NCBI GenBank assembly: GCA_000708835.1
Contig: DF236989.1
Location: 62,001 to 126,000 of the forward strand
Length of the DNA stretch: 64,000 nt
Reading direction: 5' to 3'
From: Klebsormidium nitens
Lineage: Eukaryota; Plantae; Klebsormidiophyceae
Position numbers and translations under genes: made by a program. Under the pieces are notes generated by a model. That model searched no databases and was not told where the DNA came from. It saw only the letters and a list, made by a program, of their open reading frames with translations. Shown piece after piece: positions 37,001 to 45,348 of this stretch (position 1 is its first letter; the number at the start of each line of letters is the position of its first letter).

Positions 37001-40000
37001 CGGCAGGATTTGGCGCTGAAGCTCATGGGCCAACTGCAGCTGATGCACACGGCAGCGGCGATGGGTGAGTGGTGTCAAATGAAGCCTCTCATGGTTTGTG
37101 TCTAGAATTTTGACACTAGAGCCGCGAGAATGGCTGTTTCGAGCGTCAGGACTTAGCGCTGAAGCTTATGGGGCAGCTGCAGCTGATGCACACAGCAGCA
37201 GCGATGGGTAACTTGTGTCACCTCTCGTTAGCCGGGTTTATTATTGAAAGACTTGACACTAAAGTCTCTTGAGCGTCAGGGCTTGGCGCTGCAGCTTATG
37301 GACAACTGCTGCTGCTGCACCGAACAGCGGGCGATGGGTGAGTGGTGTCAAGTCGTAAGACTCTTGTTACGCTTATTGCTCTTTTGACACCGTCACACGA
37401 AAGCCGGCAAAAAAGCACCTGGCTCTCAAGTTCATTGCAGAATTCCCCTCCACTCGTACAGACCAATGCGCCTGGATGCGACCAACAAAAGCAAACCTGA
37501 CGTGCCTTTTCCTTCTCCGGGAATAGAGGACGACCCCACTCGGACAATTATGGACCTCGCTCTCTCAACAGCCGACAGCATCCGCCGGTAGTGCAACCTT
37601 GGCAGTGCTGATCTGCTTCAACAGCCGAAAGAATTCGTGCATCTGAACTCAATCCTGTGTCCTCAAGTGGACCGACAAAGTGCAGTCAGCAACATCTCAA
37701 ACGTACGCATTGTCGCAAACGTGCGCATTGTCTCCCTTCTCAGAAGAAGACGATGCCGCGCCTCCGAGTTTGAACTTCGCTCTTGCAGCCTGCCGGCGAC
37801 GTGACGTCGGCGGCACTAATGGAGTTGTTCAACACCGTGACGAACAAAGGCGTGCACATAACTTTGACTCATTTATTAGATTCAATATGCAAACAACAGA
37901 CGTACAATGATTCTCCTCCAGCCGAAGAAGACGACGCCGCTCCGCCTACTCTAGACCTCGCCCTCCCGTCCGACGAAACTTCCGCCGGCGATGCCACGTC
38001 AGCAGCGCTGATGGACCTTTTCAACACCGCGACGAACAAAGCCGCGCGCTTAGCGGCCGAAGAAGCGCTCGCGCAGCTGTCGATGAGCGAGGACCTTCCC
38101 GCGGACATCTCGCTGGAGCGCGCGATCCTGCTGGTCGTCAAGGGCAAGTCGGCGGCCACGAAGCGCATGGGGCTGACTGTTGTCGTTGCGGTAAGCAAAG
38201 GTCTTGCTTTTTGACTTTTCCTCTCTTTACTGTCCTTTTTGATTTTTCCTACTTTTCATTTGGTATGGTGGTCGTCAAGGGCAAGTCGGCGGCCACCAAG
38301 CGCATGGGGCTGACTGTTGTCGTCGCGGTAAGCAAAGGTCTTGCTTCCTGACTTTCCTCTCTTTACTGTCCTTTTCACTTTTCTTACTTCCCCTTTGTTT
38401 TGCTGGTCGTCAAGGGCAAGTCGGCGGCCTCCAAGCGCATGGGGCTGACTGTCGTGATCGCCGTCAGGAGAAGCCACCGTCTGCTTGTTCATCTGCTTTT
38501 CCTCTTTGTCGCTCGATGTCCTTTTCTGCTCGTTTTTCCTGCTTTTCTTCATTCGTTTCCCTGATGGTGGCTGCTTTTCAAGGGCAAGTCGGCGGCCGCC
38601 AAGCGCATGGGGCTCACCGTCGTGGTCGCGGTGAGTATCAGCAAGAGAGTTTTGAAACCTCCGTTACAATCTCGTTTCCCTTTTGAAGGTTTCAGATCTA
38701 TTCGGTAACGAGGAGCAAGCGGCCGCCGACTAATTAATCGCTATCACCATTTCGGCAGTAAGTACCTGCGGGGATGTCTGTTCCTCTCCGCAGCTTTGCA
38801 CTGTTTGATTGCTCATTGTTTTGTTCTTGATAGACTGACTTCTGCTGTTGGACGTGAGACAGGATGGGGGCCTTTTAATCTCGCGGTGGGCAGCAAGGAC
38901 ATTGTCTAACCCGAAGACTGCTATCGTTCTGCTGCTTTGTTCATCCACTCGGTTCTCTTGTTAGCCTTGTTAACTTTGAAAGTTTTCATGAGGCGGCAAG
39001 TTCAGTTGTTCTTATTTCCTGGCAAGGACGGCCGCGAGTTGCGACACAACCTGGCCGGGAGGATAGATGACATCCGTGATGAAAGAATCGCGATCCCATT
39101 GCGTGACGTCGGTTAAACCAATTGTTACCACAGGCGATCGACAAGAGCGGGCACGAGTTGCGTCACCGGCTGGATGCGGCGGGCGTGCTCAAGGCGACGG
39201 TGCGGCTGCTGCACGAGCGGGACCGTCCCTCCCGCTGGCACGTCGTCGAGGCGCTCTGCACCTTCGCCAAGAGCCCCTCGCTCGCGCCCAAGATCTGGTG
39301 AGGCGCCCTGATACTTCGGGCTTTGGAAGAGTGGTCCGAAATTCCTACTTCTGAGAGCAGCTGCGTTTTCTCCTCCAATTAGATTGACGGTTGCGTGTTT
39401 GAAGTCCGCTGAAAGCAAGACTTGAGACGCTCTGCGTCTTCCTCAAGAGCCCTCTGCTCGCGCCCAGGGTCTGTTTGGGGCGCCCAAGGAATCCATTGTA
39501 TAGTCGGGTATTGAGTGCGGATGTCTATCCCGATTCTAAATGCATTCCGGCTCGTGTATATGAAAGGCGCTGAGACTCCTTGCTCACAAGATCTGGTGAA
39601 ACGGGATCGTGGTGTTGGGTTTGCTCGTAAGTTGTGTGGCATTGATTTCTCAACTAGATTGGAGGTTTATGGCAGGGGCTATGGTGCGATGGGCCCGATC
39701 TAGAAGGCATCAGAGAAAATTCGACTTTCTAAATGCAAGGGCGACGGTGCGATGGGTCCAGTCTGACATACTCGACTGGATTGTTCGTTCGCAGGGGCTA
39801 TGGCGCGGTGTAAACGCTCAGAACAAACTAGAGGCTACGGCGCGATGGGCCCCTTTCTGGAGGAGGTCAGAGAAAGGACTTTTGAAACACAAGGGCTACG
39901 GGCGATGGGCCCAGTCTGAAAAGTGGACTGGATTCTCTGTTTCGCAGGGGCTATGGCGCGGTGTGAATACTCTAGCAACCTAGAGCGGGGTGTTTTCTGC

Positions 40001-43000
40001 AGGAGCTAGGGCGCGATGGGCCCGATTTTGGAGCAGGTGAACATCAGAATCACATCGCAAAAAATCCTCAAACCCCCAGATAAGGCAACCCCAACAAACT
40101 CGATCAAACCAACTTAGAAATTCCTGTTTGCAGGGGCTACGGCGCGATGGGTCCGATTCTGGAGGAGGTCAAGAGCCCGGACGTGCTGCGCGCCATCAAG
40201 AAGCAGAAGCGCGGGGTCGTGGACGGGGACCCGTACTCGCTCATCATGCTGTGCAGCCTGCGGCTCTTGGCCAACATGCTGATTCCCGCCAGCATGGAAG
40301 ACTTCTGCAGACCGGAAGGGGGCACAGTGCTCACAAGCTCCAACCAGGTGCGCTGTAGAAGAGTAACTTTCTGGTTTTGTTTCGACCTTTTGTTTGTTTG
40401 CAGATGCTTCGCTTGGTGCTTAATTTCAGTCCGCGTGGAAGACTTGTGCAGACTGGAAGGGGTGACCGTGCTTACGGGCTCCAACAAGGTGCGCTGTGGA
40501 AAAGTAAGTTTTGATGATTTTGTTTCGCCCTGATAACCGTTTTGCTGTGTGCTCAATTTCAGTCACCATGGAAAATTAGAAGGGGGAACCGTGCTCACCA
40601 GCTCCAACAAGGTGAGCGAAGAATTTTGTTTGTGAAAGACTATCATTTCCGTCCCCTCTCCCCCTTTTCCGATGTAGCGAACGGACCCGTTTATTTGCAA
40701 GCTGGGGCGGTGGGATGAGGAGATTGCGAATATGCTAAAGACCACGAGCTAAACCACTCACGCCAATTGTCTCGCTCAACTTTATTGTTCAAACGGAGCG
40801 CTCAAGGCCCCAAATCGAAGGAATAAACGAAACAAAACGAAAAGATAGACAAGGAAAACAGACAAACACGAACAAGGAACCTACAAAAAGTAAAACTGAA
40901 ACGAGGAAATGGTCTTTGCAGAGCACCGTTAATACGGACCCCTTCACGCGTAAGCTCGGGCGGTGGCTCGTCAAGAGCGGCGTGCATTCGCAGATCGCGA
41001 GCATGCTGGGCATCGCGCGGTCCACTGGTTGGACTCGTGCCACGCAGGACAGGGAGATCACAATCAGCGTCGTTCAGCAAGGGGGGCGTGTGTTGCAGCT
41101 GCTGGTGCAGAACACGGATGTTGCGGAAGCGGTGAGTAAGCGGAAATTTGGTATTTCTGATGCCTTGAAAACTTGGTGGAAATATGGAAGTTACGGAACT
41201 GCGCGAAGCTTACCAGGGGCGGCGCAGCTCACAGTTGCTGGTGCAGAACACAGAGATCGCAGAAGCGGTGAGTAGTGGCGAAATTGGAGCATTATAATCC
41301 ACTTGAGCTCTGTTAGGTACTTCAGAACACGGAGGTCGCGGGAGCGGCGAGTAAAGGCGGCGATTCTAGAACTCCGTATACTTGAAAGTTGTTTTTGTGG
41401 TTCAGAATACCGAGTTCACCATCAGCGTCGTGCAGCAGGGGGGGCGTTTTGCAGCTGCTGGTGCAGAACACGGAGATCGCGACAGCGGTAAGCAAAGGCA
41501 GAGGCTTTCAACGTTAGATTCCCCGAAGTTCGTCTGAGTAGTGCAGAATGCCGAGATGGCGTAAGCTGTAAGCAGAAGGAGTTAGTCGGATTCCAGAGGG
41601 CTGCAAATCCCTAAAGTGGACCAGAACACGGAAGTTGTGGCAGCTTAAACTGGGCCGCGATTGTGCTAACCCACTCTCTTTCTCTTCCATAACCCGCTCC
41701 TGATTGCGGTGCTAACCCAGCCCAGCTCCACGCCCTTCTACAAATGGGTCTACCCGACATTCTGCTCACGAGAAAGGCCTAACCGTTTCATAGTTAGCAG
41801 CATTCTGCACCCGTACTAAAACCTCAAGACCGATCCCTTAGAAACCCGTATTTTCTCCAGTTCTGGGTCAACCGGCAGTCTGCCTACGATGGCTCACTTT
41901 CTGCGGCAGTACAAGGTGAGCCCCGAGAAACGCTTTCGAGGCCACTGTTTGGTCGTACTCGTAACGCGTCACTAACCCGTCGCACACCCACTCTTTTTCC
42001 AGGTTAGTGGTCTACCTGACATCCTGCCTACGATGGCCCACTTTGTGCAGCAGTACAGGGCGAGCCCCAAGGAAGCAGAACCCTCGGCTGGTCCTTAACC
42101 CTAAGACTAACCCGTCACAAACCCGTTCCTGTGCAGATTATTGGTCTACCCGACATCCTGCCTACAATGGCCCACTTCGTGCATTAGTACAGGGCGAGCC
42201 CCAAAAGAGGCCTAGCCGCGGCCATTGTTGACCCGTCTTTAACCCATGACTAACCTGTGATTGAACCCGCTTTTTTGTAGATCATTGGTCTACCCGACAT
42301 CCTGCCTACGATGGCCCACTTTGTGCAGCAGTACAGAGTGAGCCCGGAAGAGGCCGCTGCGGCGGCCATCTTTCTGACACACGTGCTCCAGTTTCACGAG
42401 GACAAGATCGACAAGCTCTGGGGGGCGGAGAGCATAGCGCGAACCGCCGAGGCGCTGAAAAGTGAGTCTGGAGACATAGTCACTTTCAGCTTTCAAGAGT
42501 GCTGAAAAGCTTCCAGCCTTTTGAGCAGTAGCTTGGGAACGAAAGCTCCCGGTCGAAACCTTCCGTTGCATCGCTGTTTCGAAACATACCCTATAAAAGC
42601 GCCGATCGGGACTTTCGTTATGATCTTAGAACCTAGAGCCTCCCTTTCTATGATTAATTCTCATAGGATACCTGCCCATCCGACACCAAGAAGTTCTGTG
42701 ACTGCCGAACCATCCGGCCACCGTTTCTCTTGCAAAGTGGTTATCGTTACTGTTTCGGAAACCACGTTCTTGTTAGCTTTTTGTGGGGGCCCGCCCTTGA
42801 GGTGTGCTTAAATATGGATGCCCTGAAGACGATACGGAACGATTTTAATTTTGTCTTTGCGATCCGAGGGCCAAGTCAGACGCAGGGGTCATGACCCAGC
42901 ATACACGTCGGCGCCCATCAACGTTTCGCTTATTGAAGAATTCCCGTAACTTCAAACAGAGAACGCCCTCAATTCCGAGTCCTTTAAACGATATTCGGAG

Positions 43001-43796
43001 AGATTTGGATTTTGAAACCTTTGCACTTTTCTCCAGCGGCGCTGGTCTCTAACGTCCTCTCGCCACCCGACTTCACATCGCACTCCGTCCTGCTCGCGCT
43101 CTTGGCCAGCCGCCTGGCGGCTGGCGCCGGTGTGAACGGGCCCCCGGCCGGCGCCAGTGTGAATACGCCCCCGTCCCCCTGGCAGACAGCGGTTGCGGCG
43201 ACCTTGTCGCCGCGTTTTACGGCGGGCGTGAAAACGGAACCGGGAACGGAAAGGGAAGCGGAAGAGGGAAGCCAAACCGGCGCCGTCGCGTGCGGGGTGT
43301 GCGGCCAGTCGCCCGCAAAGAACTGCAGCCGGTGCCATAAGCAGGCTTACTGCGGCAGGTGGGAATACGCGATTATCTGCTGCTCGATAGGCTATGCTTT
43401 CCTCTGGGCTGCTTGTAAGTAGCAGATGGTTTTCCATGCGACCTGCTATGTAAAGCTCGTACGTATTCTGTGGGACATGACCTCGTATTCGAAGTCTCGA
43501 AAGGCCGTTGTTCGTTGACTATCTTTCCATATTGCGTTTGAGAGCTCTGTACTGGGTCTCTTTGCTTTGCGCACTCTGCGCGCCTATGTAAATCAAGCTC
43601 CGCGCTAACTCTGCCCTAGACCTTCTTCGTTTCCTCCGTTCTCAGTGGATTTGTCTTTGTAATGACCTGATCTCAAAGATTTGCGGACCACCGCAATTCG
43701 TATAACGGATTAAGATCGCTTTTGCTTCTCCGCAGGGACTGCCAAATGCAGGACTGGAAGCAACACAAGAAGACCTGTAAAGAGAGAGATGCCTAG
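31055..43796 (+). CDS. Large ARM-like repeat protein with two SAP-like (ARMET-C-like) motifs and a C-terminal MYND zinc finger, ~16 exons
   Basis: Exon phases chain consistently from ATG 31055 to TAG 43796. ARM-like helices (EVVSYAAMSIALLG, MECCYALAGLLAN, QRMALMCLGSIA). Motifs MSVRELEELLTQHNVSTQGCVEKADL and MPTKDILAWLRRLEVSTEGCLERQDL. MYND motif CGVCGQSPAKNCSRCHKQAYCG|RDCQMQDWKQHKKTC. Confidence 0.82.
36448..36815 (+). repeat. Three acceptor-side partial copies (branch point + CAG + first ~14-18 codons) of exon 36915-37064
   Basis: CAG|GCAC(G/T)GT(C/T)GAGGTGCTGGCGATGCC starts at 36458, 36617 and 36758; the full exon starts at 36915. Period is 141-159 bp. Confidence 0.95.
37141..37350 (+). 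repeat. Two donor-side partial copies (last 22 codons + GT) of exon 36915-37064
   Basis: 37141-37207 and 37271-37337 copy 36998-37064, each followed by GTAACT or GTGAGT. Confidence 0.95.
37741..37850 (+). repeat. Acceptor-side diverged partial copy of exon 37922-38190
   Basis: CAG|..EEDDAAPPSLNFAL..GDVTSAALMELFNTVTNK versus exon AEEDDAAPPTLDLAL..GDATSAALMDLFNTATNK. Confidence 0.9.
38270..38637 (+). repeat. Three donor-side partial copies of exon 37922-38190
   Basis: (GTCGT)CAAGGGCAAGTCGGCGGCC..AAGCGCATGGGGCT..GC(G/C)|GT at 38270, 38403 and 38579; the exon copy is at 38131-38190. Confidence 0.95.
39424..39600 (+). repeat. Two decayed donor-side partial copies of exon 39134-39297
   Basis: ETLCVFLKSPLLAPRV (39424-39473) versus exon end EALCTFAKSPSLAPKIW; CAAGATCTG|GTGAA at ~39587-39600. 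Confidence 0.75.
39661..40045 (+). repeat. Seven acceptor-side partial copies of exon 40134-40347, with higher-order ~155-bp periodicity
   Basis: (CAG)GGGCTA(C/T)GG(C/T)GCG(A/G)TG variants at ~39675, 39738, 39794, 39831, 39892, 39947 and 40002. Confidence 0.9.
40436..40620 (+). repeat. Two donor-side partial copies of exon 40134-40347
   Basis: GAAGAC..GAAGGG..GTGCT..CTCCAACAAG|GTG at ~40436-40489 and ~40579-40611. Confidence 0.9.
41215..41650 (+). repeat. About five donor-side partial copies of exon 40922-41131
   Basis: (GTG)CAGAACAC(A/G)GAG(A/G)TCGC..GCG|GT variants at ~41232, 41320, 41416, 41541 and 41621. Confidence 0.85.
41745..42215 (+). repeat. Four acceptor-side partial copies of exon 42281-42461 (~140-bp period)
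   Basis: CTAAC branch-like motif, AG, then GGTCTACC(C/T)GACATCCTGCCTAC(G/A)ATGGCCCAC variants at ~41747, 41861, 42003 and 42137. Confidence 0.9.
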
Positions 43797-45348
43797 CACG
43801 TTGCGCTTCGTCGCTGGTCGTGGGGACCACCGTAAGAATCACGGGTGAGCTGCCGTTATATCGTACTTGTTTTTGGTTCCTTTCTGCCTTTGACACTGCA
43901 CGCCACTCAGGCGAGCCGCACGCATTCCTCTAGCTTAGACAAGTGGTTCCAACACGCCTGGTATTTTTGTGCCAATCTTTTGTTACGAGGCGTTGTCAAT
44001 CAACGTGACAAAAAACCTTTAGGCCGTTTTACTAGAGATCATGAACGTTGATGCAGCTCGCAACTTACCGCAATTGTTCAAATATGTACTGATCAGATAG
44101 ACTCTCAGTCTCGACGGCTTGAGGTGCTAGAAAGGATATTTTTCTTTGGCGACACTTCCAATGCACCAATTGTCAAGGTGGGTGATGGAAAAGTCCTCGC
44201 AGTCGCTATTCGGCGACTGATTGGTTGGTCTTTCTTCACCTTGCAGAAGACAGAATGAGCATGGACCGGAACGGATCCGCAAAGGCTGCCCCCTTCCAGC
44301 TTTTTATAGCAAGCCATTAATGAAGCGAGACTCCAAGTCTCCAAGAGTAGAGACATTTCCTGAAATTGGGCTGCTCCTAAGAAATCTTGAAGGAAGGGCT
44401 CAAAACTGTCTTCACAACAGTGATTTTTCGTTGTGCTCTGGACAATTGTGCTATTGTCTGGTTCTTGAGACAGAGTCGAAGGAGCATTGAATCTTTTTCT
44501 GTGTTCTGAACAAGCATCATGGCATCACTTGGAAGTCTCTATACCCTAAACTTGAAAGCCGTCAAAGTTTGTATCCGCTGTGGCGCACACATGCAGGAAA
44601 CCTCCAAGATGCGCACAAATATTGATACAATTGCTGCGCGATTCCCATTGCGGCCTTACGGCCCATATACCCCCGGATGATGGATCGTTTCTGCTTCGTA
44701 CTTATACCGCGATCGTTGCCAAAGGTCACAACCCTAACCCCTGAATCGACAGTGAGTCCATGGTCGATCTACAACCGTTGGCGGATGCATGATCAGCTCT
44801 AGCTGCTAGCTGGCAAAGGGTATGGGTACTATACCGCGGTATGGTATATACCGTAAAATTATATAGTATATCGCGTACGGTGTGGTATGCACATATATAT
44901 AAGAAACCAATGATCATTGCAGGCCCGATCGATCGGAATCTAGCTCTCTATATTAAGCAAAGTTATCCGACGAATGATCTTGGCGGCAGGCCGATCATTA
45001 GCCTTACAATGTAATAAACGGTTTGCTACTCGCGCGCTAGCTAGTAGGCTGATATAGGCTCCTTCAATCAATGATTGTCATATTGAAAACCCAAGAATGA
45101 AGCGCACGGCACATCGCGGAGCATGCTTTTTCTGCATGGGCCGGAGTCAACCCTCATGTCTCTTGCATGTATGTTACATTTCGGTACACAAAAAGTTTGC
45201 TCAATCCCTTTCGTACTGCACAGCTTATGTCCGTCTATTTTCCATCTTGTCTAGCTCCCGTATCTCTTGTAATATCTTACAGAAGTGGCTTGAGGAGTTG
45301 CTGCGTGCATGGGAGCCTAGCAGTGGACTTCGGCAAGAGCACTCTTTG

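Noticed and set aside
36448-38637. Regularly spaced 50-70-bp repeats resembling a CRISPR array
   Set aside because: The repeats are codon-structured copies of exon ends with splice sites, the spacers are related intron sequence, the context is eukaryotic, and there are no cas genes.
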